In this document: positions 1 to 11,101 of the stretch, one piece after another
Layout of the letters: every line of letters starts with the position of its first letter
How positions within the stretch are numbered: the stretch's first letter is position 1
Source: Felis catus
Taxonomy: Eukaryota
NCBI RefSeq assembly: GCF_018350175.1
Contig: NC_058383.1
Coordinates: forward strand, 16,370,001-16,434,000
Direction: 5' to 3'
Length of the DNA: 64,000 nucleotides
Notes under the pieces: generated by a model
Databases searched by the model: none
What the model saw: the letters and a program-made list of their open reading frames with translations, nothing else
Told to the model about the DNA's origin: nothing
Position numbers and translations under genes: made by a program

Positions 1-584
1 CATAATTTGATAGCAATTTAAAAAAAAGTGGCATTTATAAGGTCTTTCCAAAGCATTCAACTAGTTTTCATAGAAACAACTCCTTGTTATAGTTACACCT
101 TATCAGTTTACATAATACTTAAATTATGGAATAGTAACAACAGGCTTAAACAGATTTTGTAAGAGATACAAGAGATTCTTGATAAACACTGTCTTGTGGC
201 AGATGTCCTCAGGTATATTTAATAATGTCATTAGCTCCAAGAAGTCATACTTGGGCATCGTTCATTGTTTACAGAGAGAATGACAAGTGTTGTTTAAAGT
301 CTGGTGAGCTGTTTAAGTAAAGGGTGATTAAAAGACAGTCAATGGCTTCTTTTGTTTCCTTTAAAACATCTAGGACAGACATGAGCCCATGATCTTGTAA
401 AAATGCTGGAAGGAGAGAAGAGTTATAAAGGATATATAAGGCAAACGGGAAACATCTTACAGAGATTATCATTTGCCATAAAAGTCTAAAGGGCTCTGGA
501 TTCACAACTGAGAACTGAAAAATAAAAGTGCCCACATTCTTAGAACTATAACAGCATTTCCGAGGAGAATAAAAGTGAACTTAC

Positions 585-671
585 CTGAGACCTGACTACC
601 TGTGATTCATCATTCATTTCCTTCTCTTCCATGTTCCCTCTTTGGGAAAGTATAACATTCTGAGAGTGCAT
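585..671 (-). CDS. ZNF713: First coding exon of a KRAB zinc-finger gene (exon 585-673, CDS 585-671; gene continues left of the window)
   Basis: The minus strand reads polypyrimidine tract cttctttgctctttttcttag|TT ATG CAC TCT CAG ... AGG TCT CAG|gtaagt, giving 29 codons, MHSQNVILSQRGNMEEKEMNDESQVVRSQ, with a phase-0 donor as expected before a KRAB-A exon. It closely matches my recollection of the human ZNF713 N-terminus (MPSQNAVFSQEGNMEEEEMNDGSQMVRSQ). A second in-frame ATG is at 632. Confidence 0.8.
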
Positions 672-1322
672 AACTAAGAAAAAGAGCAAAGAAGCATCTG
701 GTCAATACGTGATAACACTGAAACTAACTCTTAGAGTTTTTGCTTTGTGTTAGGATGGCAGTTTAGAGAGAAGCCCTCTAAGACATAAGCTCAAAGGCTG
801 GATAACTTAACCATGACACTCTTGTTCTTCCAACATACTGAGGAATTCAGTGTAGGACTTTCTCTTATTGTGGCATATGGGAAGCTCAAGGAAGTTCAGT
901 GATTTTCAGCCCTGGCTACACACTTGGGGGATGTTCTGAAAATGCAAATGCTAAGATTTGGATAAATCCAGTATTATACAAATTGGTCTACGATGACCAT
1001 GGGCAACAGCATTTTAAATTCTAAAGTCTCCAGGTGACTTCTAAGTAAGGAGATGAAAACCACTGATATGAGCTGATAGAGAAAACATATGTTGAGAGCC
1101 TGATCTTATTTTTAAGGGGATACACTCATCCTCAAACTCAAACTCCAGAGATCTTCTCTCCTTTACTCTCTTTAAGCTGATCTTCCTGGGCCATCTTGAT
1201 CTTGGGGTTGTGAGTTAGAGCCCCATGTTGGGTGAAGAGATTACTTAAAAAGAAAATCTTTAAAGATGATTTTTCTAATACACAAAGGAGATTTCACTCT
1301 TCTCATTTTTCAAAATGTTCAC

Positions 1323-1562
1323 CTTCCTGTTTGAGTACGTGGATTCAGTCCTCCACCAGGATTACTACACCTCTCTGCAGTTCTTAAGTTATAATGCCAT
1401 CAAAGCTTTGCTTTCTTCTAGAAGGACAGTCAGGAGATACACCAGTACTAACAGCTTCAGTGTCCTTGTCAGTCCCTGAAAGCTGATTTTCCAATGCCTT
1501 ATGGAAAACAATCACTCACTCCCAGGTATTAAAGGTGCTTCATCTCTGATGAGAACCTCAGG
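1323..1562 (-). pseudogene. Decayed SCAN-domain coding remnant
   Basis: Piecewise minus-strand translation: PE.SHQR.KHL*YLGVS..HKAL..QL [gap] TLKLLVLVYLLTVLLEESKALMAL*LKNCREV/VILVED*IHVLKQE G|. This is collinear with SCAN consensus PEASRQRFRHFQY.EVSGPHEALSQL...ILELLVLEQFLTILPEE..AWV..HHP.N.EEAVTLVEDL. Confidence 0.65.
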
Positions 1563-1839
1563 AGCCAATGGCTATCCACAAGAATGACTTCTCAGGGCAG
1601 CCACTCTCAGAATCTTGCCTTGTTCATGCAAGGTTGACGTGTGGGGGTTCCTCAAAGCGGCTATTACTTTTTCCCCCTAAAGGCATCAGTCCTTCATGAA
1701 CAGACTTCACTATGATACTCAAATCTCCCTTCTGACAGGAATCTTGTGAGATACTATATCAGGTGTAGCACATGTAATGAGATGCACCAGTCTTGCAAAA
1801 GAAGTCCAGCAGTCTCAGTCACTTAGTGACCTAGAGAGT
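1323..1839 (-). other. ZNF713: Probable 5'UTR exon of ZNF713 (ancestral SCAN exon)
   Basis: Acceptor tttctttacag| at 1840-1850 and donor GGAAG|gtgaac at 1323/1322. An alternative donor GGA|gtgagt lies at 1520/1519. Multiple stops; contains the SCAN-like remnant. Confidence 0.5.
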
Positions 1840-2002
1840 CTGTAAAGAAACATACAAACTATCTGTTCATACTTCACAGTATGGTGTGGAATTTTTAAAA
1901 ACAATCAAAAAGCATTTCTAGAATTTCTCAGATTCACACATTACAAAAAGCAGATATATACATATCCATCAACCAAAAACAAACTTTAGCTTTAGTTCTT
2001 AC

Positions 2003-2152
2003 CCATCCTCTTCTCAGAATAGAAAACATGTGGTCTGTGCCTAGTGAAAGATTTTCAGAAGACTTTCACCAACATCAACAACAGAGCAAAATATCTTGAT
2101 CTGCTGATAAGCATGAAAGAAAACATTCTTTTTTCTGTTCACAACGTTTGGC
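2003..2152 (-). other. Candidate additional non-coding 5'UTR exon
   Basis: Acceptor tttttcag| at 2153-2160 and donor TGG|gtaaga at 2003/2002. Splice signals only. Confidence 0.3.
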
Positions 2153-2378
2153 CTGAAAAATTTCTCTCAAAAGCTAGTGATGGTATTAAAGAATGAAGTC
2201 ATTCCTGAGAAGTAAGTTTTTTTAAGAAGAGAAAATCACAGTTCCAGTGGAATGGCCTTGTTAGATGAGGAAGCCAATCACTGCCCAAGATAGGGCATGA
2301 ATTCAACATTTTACAACCAGTTGACTAAGAGGTACACCTTTCAGGAGTAATTTAAAAGCATTTTAAGAATCAGGGCCT

Positions 2379-2580
2379 GGGGCGCCTGGGTGGCTCAGTC
2401 GGTTAAGCGTCCAAATTCAGTTCAGGTCATGATGTCATGGTTTGTGGGTTCAAGCCCAGCATCGGGCTCTATGCTGACAGCTCAGAACCAGGAGCCTGCT
2501 TCAGATTCTGTGTCTCCCCCTCTCTCTTCCCCTCCCCTGTTCTCTCTCTCTCAAAAATAAATAAACATTAAAAAAACAAC
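2379..2580 (+). mobile_element. Can-SINE (felid type)
   Basis: ggggcgcctgggtggctcagtcggttaag head, (CT)n region, aataaa/A tail. Confidence 0.95.
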
Positions 2581-3702
2581 AACAGGTCCTATTTCACCAA
2601 GCAAAAGCTCTAAAAGGGTCCTATTCTCTGAAGAGCCAGACAGAATCTATGAGAATGCTCTGATGGTTTCAACCCAATCACCTCAAAACCACTTACAAAA
2701 TAATAAATAATCACAATAATAAAAAACAGCATTTACCAAGTTAGGCAGAACAGGGTTTCTCCTTCATACGTGTGAACCCAAGGGGATAAAGAGCATGTCA
2801 AATATATATTGCTTGCAAACTTAGTTATTTGAGAATTTTCTTATGGCATCTGATGAGACTAAGTTTCCAGAGAACACACGTTGGAAGCACTGATTTAGTT
2901 CTCAGCTTTTTGGTTTAAAGGAGGATTCTGAAGCTGAAGATCATAGAACTAAGTGAAAGAGCTGGTTCTAGAACCTAGGTCTCCTGGTTCACAGCCCTAG
3001 GTTCCTTCCAGTATACTCTGAAGTTCTTCTTAGTACCTGTTCTCTCCCTTTTCATTTTTTAATCTGATCCCCTTCTGAAAATTTCCCTTTTAATTCCTGT
3101 ATTGGAAACACACACACACATAAAACCCCCCAAACCAACCACTCTCCATCCCCAAACTGTGTGTGATTTTTCATACAATACACATGTAGTCCTTTCCAGA
3201 GAAGCCTGTGGTATCACCACAGGCTTTTTCAAATATGTAACCATGATGGCTTGGAAAGTAAGGAATTCCCATGACTGCCTGAGGAATACTAAAATTATAA
3301 TCAATTCAGATGAAGAATGACTTCCGGCTTAACACCCTTTTTCCTCCAAGCTTTTCCAAAAATCTGAGTGAACTTCCTTGACCATGTATATATTAACGTA
3401 TATATACATGTCCAGGTTCCACCCAAAAACTGTTGAGATGAAGTCCGGCATCTATACATTTTTTAAGTGCCTCACAAGTGATTTTTAAGCAAGCAGGAAT
3501 TCAGAACCATTATCAGAGCCTCTAATTTTGTTAACTTCCTCAATGCCAGTGATTTTCGCCATCATTCTACTTCTGTCACCCACTTCCGGTGCCATAGTAG
3601 TTCTGAAGTTTCTTCCCTTACAAAATGCTTGACTATGAACCAGGAAACCTTATGGTATAGACTGGATGGGGAAGAAAGTGAAGACAGTGGAAGAAAGTGG
3701 CT

Positions 3703-3917
3703 TGGGGTGCCTGGGTGGCTCAGTCGGTTGGGTGTCCAACATCGGCTCAGGTCATAATCTCGCTTGTGAGTTCAAGCCCCACGTCAGGCTGGGTGCTGAC
3801 AGCTCAGAGCCTGGAGCCTGCTTCAGATTCTGTGTCTCCCTCTCTCTCTCTCTGTGCCCCTCCCCCGCTCATGCTCTGTCTCTCTCTCAAGAAGTAAACA
3901 TTAAAAAAAAAAAAAAG
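3703..3917 (+). mobile_element. Can-SINE
   Basis: ggggtgcctgggtggctcagtcgg head, CT repeat, A tail; gtggctt repeated on both flanks. Confidence 0.93.
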
Positions 3918-3956
3918 ACAGGAGTGGCTTAGTATAGGGGAAAAATAGAAAAAAAC

Positions 3957-4095
3957 AGCAATGTTTATCAAAGTGTGGTCTGCAGATCACTTGAATCACA
4001 CAGCATTTGCTGAAAAGCAGATTCACTGGTTCAATCCCAGACCTAATGAAATGGCATCTCTGGGGGAGTATTCTTGGCCCAGGGATTTGCCTTAA
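3957..4095. mobile_element. MER5-like hAT DNA transposon remnant
   Basis: caaagtgtggtctgcaga...gcagattc...cccagaccta resembles MER5-family sequence (recall). Confidence 0.45.
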
Positions 4096-4139
4096 AAAAT
4101 ATTTCTTCTCTAGGATCAAACCATTCTCTCCAGCCTCCC

Positions 4140-5150
4140 TACAGGCCTGAATCTAGCATATATCTTCTCAGTCCTTGATCTGCAACTTGATCTTTCATTT
4201 TATTGACTCCTCCTGTCATAATTTAAAACCATTTAAGATCTCTCCCAGCATTAAAAACTTTCACTGGCTATATGCCCTTTTGTAACTAATATCCATTCTT
4301 TTTTCAAGGCTACAACTCTTCAAAGGATTGTTAGTACTTGTCTCTACTTCTTCATTACCCATTTATTTTTCAATTATCTATGATCTTTCTTCTGTTTTGC
4401 CATCAGCACACCGCTAAAATTGCTCTGGTTAGGAATGTCAACAACACTTTTGTTCATGCAATGGGCTTTATTACCTCCTGAGCTCTGATGGGTATCTGAC
4501 ATTACTAACAGCTGTGTTTTGCTTTATGTCCACAGCCTTTCTCAGCAGGCTATGCTCTAGTCCCTTTTCCTCTGCCTACCATTTACATATTGTTGTTCCT
4601 TAGGAGTTTTCAATATCTATCTTTGTTCCCTCCACAGGTGAAGTAAAGGAATCTTTAAAGGTATACAAATCTGATCATATCAGTCCCTTATTTGAAATTC
4701 TTCAGTGGCTCCCTACAGCTCTTAGGCTGGAATACAAAGCCATAAAAAATCCTGTGACCTGCTTCCTGATCTTTCAAGCCACTCCCCTGCTTGCTTCTGA
4801 GATTTCATCTACACAGCTCTGCTTTTAAGTCCTTAAATGTGTCCTGTGTGGTATCTCCCCTCCTCCACTCCAGATGATACTTACTCTTCCTTCAGGTCTC
4901 AGTTTAAATCAAGGAAGATTTTTGATATCACAGACATGTGAGGTCCCTCATTTACACCTTCCTTTTTTTTGGTAGCACTTTTTATCATTGTTAATTATTT
5001 GTAGTCATCATTTTTATTTATACCTCACCATTGTGTGATGTTAACCTCCATGAAGACAGGAATCTTTTCTGTCTTATTTACTATTCCACTTTTAATACTT
5101 TCAGTATGTGGCTCATAGTAGGCACTCAGTATCTGCTAAATGAGTAAATG
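4140..5150 (+). mobile_element. Degraded L2 LINE fragments
   Basis: Typical L2 3' words: ttcagtggctccc, ccttcaggtctcagtttaaat, ctccatgaagacagg, catagtaggcactcagta...aaatgagtaaatgaa. Confidence 0.6.
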
Positions 5151-5179
5151 AAAGGGTTCTTCTGTTTCTTCTTCTATTT

Positions 5180-6870
5180 TTTATTTTTAACTTATTGTGA
5201 ACCAATTTTAGACTTACAGTAAAGTTACAAGAATAATACACAATTCTCACATACAATTCACCCTACTTGTCCAAATGTTAATATTTTATATGCCTATAGT
5301 ACGATGATCAAAACAAGGAATTTAAATTGGTACAATACTATTAATTCAAACTACTCAAAATTTACTAGTTTCTCTAATAGTATTTTTTCTTTGATCCAGG
5401 ATCCCACATGGAATTTAGTTGTTTTTTTCCCTTTGTCTTCTCCAATCTGTAAGTTCCTCAGCCTTTCTGTCTTTCTTGAGCTTAATACTTTTGAAGAGTA
5501 CTGATGAGTTATTTTGCAGTGTCCCTCAATTCGGGTTTGTCTGATGTTTTCTCATGGTTGGAATGAAGCTAAGTATTTTTGGCAAGAATAACACAGAAGT
5601 GATCTTTTATCTTTTACATCACATTAATGGGTTTATGATGTTGGTACACTTCATTAATGATAATGTTAACCTTTATCACTTGGCTAAGGTGGTGTTCACC
5701 TGGCTTCTCTATTGTAGAGCAACCATCTTTCCCTCTGTAGCTGATAAATATCTTGGGGAGATACTTGAAGATATAAATATCCTGATTCTTCTCAAACCCA
5801 CTAACTTTAGCATCCATCAGTTTATCTTGTCTGCAACAATTAGTAATATAGTGTTGGTCTAATGGTGATTTCTCTCTTTCTCATTAACTTATTTATGTGT
5901 ACATTTTTAATGTTTACTTCTGAGAGAGGGAGAGGGAGCTGGGGAGGGGCCGGGAGACAGGATCTGAAGCAGGATCTGCGCTGTCAGCCAGCGCCTGACA
6001 CAGGGCTTAAACCCATGAACTGTCAGATCATGACCTGAGCCAAAGTCTGACGCTTAAGCAACTGAGCCACCCAGGTATACCTCCCACTAATTTATTAACT
6101 GAAATTTTTCTGCAAGGAAAAGCTGCTCCATATCTCTTATCATTTATTTACTAATTTGTTTATGTCACTATGAACTCATGAATATTTTGTAAGCACCAAT
6201 ATTATCATTATTTTATTGCACAAATAGTTTTGGCTTTGGTCAGTTGGAGGCTCCTATGTTATTCTGACCAGCCTCTATCCTATTTTGAGCACTTCTTGGC
6301 ACTGTAAGATGTTTCAAGTTCTTGTATTATCCCTGCCCAGCCCTAGAAATCAACTTCTCCAAGGAGCCCTAGTTCCTTTTATTGGAGAAGTGCTTAGAAA
6401 CAAAGATCTGGGTGCTGGATCAGCACAAAGATCAGCTGTGCTCGCTGCTACTGGGGTATCATTGCTTCTAGGCCCTCTAGGAGAGATAGGACACATGGAC
6501 ACACGGACACACACACACACACACACTGTATTCATCTATGTATTAAACACTACAAGTTCATTATGACACCTCTGATTCCAATCCAATACCTCAGGGCTCA
6601 TTTTTAATCTTCCTCTTTTCCTCACTTCTTTCTTCAACAAAGAAGTTACCAGTGAGGAAAGGAGGAAGATTGTTGGCTCTTAGTATCCACAATATATTTA
6701 CTTATTTGTTCAGTTTTGGTATATACATAAAGTAGTTTCAGAATTGACTCATACCCCTGTGACAAACACAGTTATTAACTGGAAATTACAGCATCTGTGT
6801 AGAGTTCTCTTTGTCTTTAGTTATACAGTATCTAGTCAAGATAGTGTTTTCTAAAATAATTTAATTTTTT
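5180..6870 (-). mobile_element. Old L1 (L1MC/ME-like) 3' region, interrupted by a SINE
   Basis: ttttagacttacagtaaagttacaagaata, gatccaggatcccac and ttttggcaagaata motifs of old L1 3'UTRs in reverse. Confidence 0.6.
5905..6082 (-). mobile_element. Can-SINE
   Basis: Reverse-complement SINE ending actgagccacccagg. Confidence 0.9.
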
Positions 6871-7169
6871 TCTTTGCCACTTCCTTCAGTGTGGTTATGT
6901 CATTCACTTGTAATACAGTTAGGTCCGGTTGTTAGTACTTGTGTTTATTCTCTTCTATTTCTTCTCAGGTGGATTCCTTCAGCTTTACCCACTGCCATGA
7001 TTTCACTGATCATCTTTTTTGAGCTACATAATCACATATCTACCCAACCACCTTACTGGACATCTCCAGGCGTGTGTCCCTCAGATCTCTCAAACCTAAC
7101 ATGTCCCAAACTCATTCTCTCTTAAGCCTCTTGCCATATATTTGCAATGAAGTATGCATGAACACCAAC

Positions 7170-7370
7170 TCTATCGCCAAACTGATTGGGTTTGATTCCT
7201 AGCTCCACAACTTACTAGCTGTGTGAGTTTGGTTGTATAAGTTACTCAACCTTTCAATGTTTCAATTTCCTCATTTGTAAAACTAGTTATAATAGTACCT
7301 ACCTCATGGGTTTGTTGAGGATTAAGTGAATATTTTGAAAATATTTAAAACAAAATGCCACATAGTAGAC
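7170..7370 (+). mobile_element. MIR
   Basis: cttactagctgtgtga...tttcctcatttgtaaaa...ataatagtacctacctcatggg core. Confidence 0.75.
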
Positions 7371-7396
7371 ATATTTATATGTTACATACTGTTCTT

Positions 7397-7814
7397 TTTT
7401 TGTTTTTAGTATTTATTTAAAAATGAAATTTATTGTCAAATTGGTTTCCATACAACACCCAGTGCTCATCCCAACAGGTGCCCTCCTCAATGCCCATCAC
7501 CCAACCTCCTCTCTCTCCCACCCCCTATCAACCCTCAGTTTATTCTCAGATTTTAAGAGTCTCTTATGGTTTGGTTCCCTCCCTCTGTAACTTTTTTTTT
7601 CCTTACCCTCCCCCATGGTCTCCTGTTAAATTTCTCAGGATCCACATGAGAGTGAACACATATGTTATCTTTCTCTGTATGACTTATTTCACTTAGCATA
7701 ACACTCTCCAGTTCCATCCATGTTGCTACAAAAGGCCATATTTCATTCTTTCTCATTGCCAAGTAGTATTTCATTGTGTATATAAACCACAACTTCTTTA
7801 TCCATTCATCAGTT
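7397..7814 (-). mobile_element. 5'-truncated felid L1 with 17-bp TSD
   Basis: ORF2 C-terminus ([30 protein letters not shown]), 3'UTR and poly(A). TSD tgttacatactgttctt at 7380-7396 and 7815-7831. Confidence 0.95.
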
Positions 7815-8429
7815 TGTTACATACTGTTCTTATTCTCCTGTTAAATTCCCTATCTCAATGAATAGCACCACCAAGCCTGAAACCTGAATGCCATTCCTGA
7901 CCTCTCTTTCTTTCTTTCCCTTAGTCTCTCTCTTCAATTAAAGTCAAATCCTGGTAAATTTATCCCCTTAAATATGTAGTGAATGTCCCATCTTCACTTC
8001 CACTACCTTGATTCAGGCCACTATCATCTCTCACTTTGACTACTTCTGCATCCATCAAACTGGTCCTTAACTTTAGTCCAGTATTTTCTTCATGCTGGAG
8101 TCAGAGTGATTTCTCTCTCCACACCTTTTCTCTACCTTGGAAATACCTTAATTTTATTTTCTGACAAATATTAAAACAAAAATTTTTGTAAACATAGAAA
8201 AGCAGAAAGAAAATCACTTATAATATCATTACCCAGAGATAACCAGTTTTTTTGGGATACATACTTCCCAGCTTTTTCTATACTAATTCTCACACATATT
8301 ATAATATGGCATATGTCATTATTATATGTCTGATTTTCTTTTCTGAAATCTGGGTTTTAATTGGCAGTATTGTGTACATCACTTCAGGACAGAAAACAAA
8401 AATCTAAATATTAAAAAAACTAGGGTCAT

Positions 8430-9796
8430 ACAGTCTCTTCAACAAATGGTGCTGGGAAAATTGGACAGCTATGTGCAAAAGAATGAAACTGGACCACCTT
8501 CTTATACCATATGCAAATATAAATTCAAAATGGATTAAAAACCTAAATGTAAAACCTGAAACTATAAAAATTGCAGAAGAGGGCACAGGCACTCAGACAT
8601 CAGCTGTAGCAAAATTTTTCTAGATAAGTCTTCCAAGGTAAGGGAAATAAAAGCAAAAATAAGCTATTGGGACTACATCAAAATAAAAAGCTTCTGCACA
8701 TCGAAGGAAACATCAACAAAACTAAAAGGTAACCTACTGAATGGGAGAAAATGTTTACAAATGATCTATCTGATGAAGCGTTAGTATCCAAAATATATAA
8801 AGAACTTATACAAACAACTCAATACCAAAAAAAAAAAAAAAAAAACCAAAAAAAAAAACCAAAAAAACAAAAAAAACAAAAAACACAACCTCCCAAATAA
8901 TCCAATTAAGGATGGGCAGAAGAAATGAACAGAAATTTCTCCCAAGAAGACATCCAGATGGCCAACAGATGCATGAAAAGATATTCAACATCACTCATCA
9001 TCAAGGAAATGCAAATCAAAACTAGAATGAGGTGTCACTTCACACCTGACAGAATGGCTAAAATAAAAAGCACATGAAACAATAAGTGTTGGCTAGGATG
9101 CAGATAAAGGGGAACCTTCTTGCACTGTTGGGAATGCAAACTGGTGCAGCCACTGTGGAAGACATTATGGAGGTTTCTGAAAAAGTTAAAATTAGAACTG
9201 CCCTGTGATCCAGCAATGGCACTACTGGGTATTTACCCCCGAATACAAAAAAACACTAATTCAAGGGGATACATGCACCCCTATGTTTACTGCCACACTG
9301 TTTACAGCAGCCTGTGTCTACAGATAGATCGATAAAGATGTGGCATATATATGCAATGGAATATTAATCAGCCATCAAAAAAGAATGAAATTTTGCCATT
9401 TGTGACAGCATGGGTGGAGCTACACAGTATTATGCTAAGCAAAATAAGTCAGAAAAAGATACATTCCATATGACTTCACTCACAGGTGGTATTTAAGAAA
9501 CAAAACAAACAAGCAAAAGAAAAAAAAAAAAAGAAAGACAAACCAAGAAACAGATTCTTAACTATAAAGAACAAACTGATGGTTACCAGAGATGAGGTGA
9601 GTGGGGAGGGATGGTGAAATGGGTGGTGGAGATTAAAGAGTAGATTTATTATGATGAGCACTGAATAGTATATAGAATTGTTGAATCACTTATTGTACAC
9701 CTGAAGCTAATATAACACTGTATGTTAAGTTTACTGGAATTAAATAAATAATAAAATAAAATACAAAAGAAATAAAATAAAAAAGGAAAAAAATTA
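8430..9796 (+). mobile_element. 5'-truncated carnivore L1
   Basis: ORF2 3' part ([13 protein letters not shown]), 3'UTR and A-rich tail. Imperfect TSD aaaaaaactagggtcat / aaaaaaaatagtgtcat. Confidence 0.92.
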
Positions 9797-10284
9797 AAAA
9801 AAAATAGTGTCATGGTATATTCAATTGCTTGCAATACCCAAAACTTGTTTAATAAGTTAATTATTAATAGGCATTTAGGGAGCTTTATTTCTCTTTTCCT
9901 GTTATAGACGACAGCAAACATTATACAGTCTTGGCATAATTTTGTGTGATTATTTCTTTAGGATAGATTCCTAGAAGTGGAACTGCTGGATCAAAAGGAA
10001 GACAAAACACTATTGAGGAAGGTTGTACCATTTTTCATATTAATCAACAATATATGAGAGTGACCATTGGCCAAGAATGATCAGCATTATTCTTTTTAAA
10101 TATAATACATAGTATATAATTACTGCTTTAGAATGTAATTCTTAGATAACATGGGAGGCAGACTTTACATTTTTAGTTTTCATGTTTCTTCTTCATAAAT
10201 TACACTTTTGTGTAATTTGTCCACTTTTCTACCATTTTGCCTTTTCCACTAATTTGTAAGAATTCTTTATTACAAAGTACAGAG

Positions 10285-10875
10285 TGCAGGAAAGGATGAA
10301 CTAAGCAGGTCTGGGTGGCCCAGACTGTACATTTTAAGGAAAGGTTTGATCGTGGCCTGGTTCCTGAAAGATAATCTATAGCCTTGCAACACCCTGCCTT
10401 TTAAGAGTGTCTCTGTTTACCTGAAGCCTTGGGACAGGTCAGAAAGTTCATGCCAAAAGAGGATTTATGGTGGGATCCTTGGGCCATGTGGTATCAGCTT
10501 GCCTTCTGGAGAGACTGGAGACTGAAGGTCAGCAGCACAGGTGGTCAGCTATGCCTACATGAACAACTTCCGATAAATACTCTGGATGCCAAGGTTTGGA
10601 GGAGATTTCCTGGTTGGCAATACTGCATACATTTATTACATGTCACTTCTGGGAGGATGTAAATGCTAGCTGCATGACTCTTATTGATAGAAGACAACTG
10701 GAAGCTTGTACCTGGTCTCTTCTGGACTCTACTTGCATTTTTTGTTGCTGATTTTAATGTGTATCTTTTCACTGTAATACTTATGCTACTGTAAGTATAA
10801 CAGTTTTGTTGAGTTCTGTGAGTCATTTTAGCAAATCACTGAACCTAAGGGTAGTCTTGGGGATCCCTGAACACA
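10285..10875 (+). mobile_element. Solo LTR (MER21/MER68/MER77-like)
   Basis: tg...ca ends. Characteristic blocks gactggagactgaaggtcagc, cctggttggcaatact and gagttctgtgagtcattttagcaaatcactgaacct. Confidence 0.7.
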
Positions 10876-11067
10876 GACAGTAAACAGCAACTCCCTTGGT
10901 ATAACATAAATAACAAATGTAGTCTTCTTGTTATCATTTGTCTTTTATTCTTTGCTGCTTTAAAAAAAAGTTAATTTAAAAATTTTCTGCATCATAAAAC
11001 ACTTTCCCCCCTGTGTAGATATTAAGTTCATGTGAGGCTTTTGTTTTGTTTTTTCCTTACACAAGAA

Positions 11068-11101
11068 ATAGCTTCTCAGTCTTTTGGCTAAGATCAAGTG
11101 T
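11068..11101 (+). pseudogene. 3'-truncated U2 snRNA retropseudogene (U2 nt 1-34)
   Basis: atagcttctcagtcttttggctaagatcaagtgt vs U2 ATCGCTTCTCGGCCTTTTGGCTAAGATCAAGTGT (31/34). Flanked by direct repeat ttttttccttacaca (11049-11063, 11101-11115). Confidence 0.9.

Noticed and set aside
269..535. 88-aa minus-strand ORF
   Set aside because: Lies inside the intron after the 585 donor; no KRAB or other recognisable motif.
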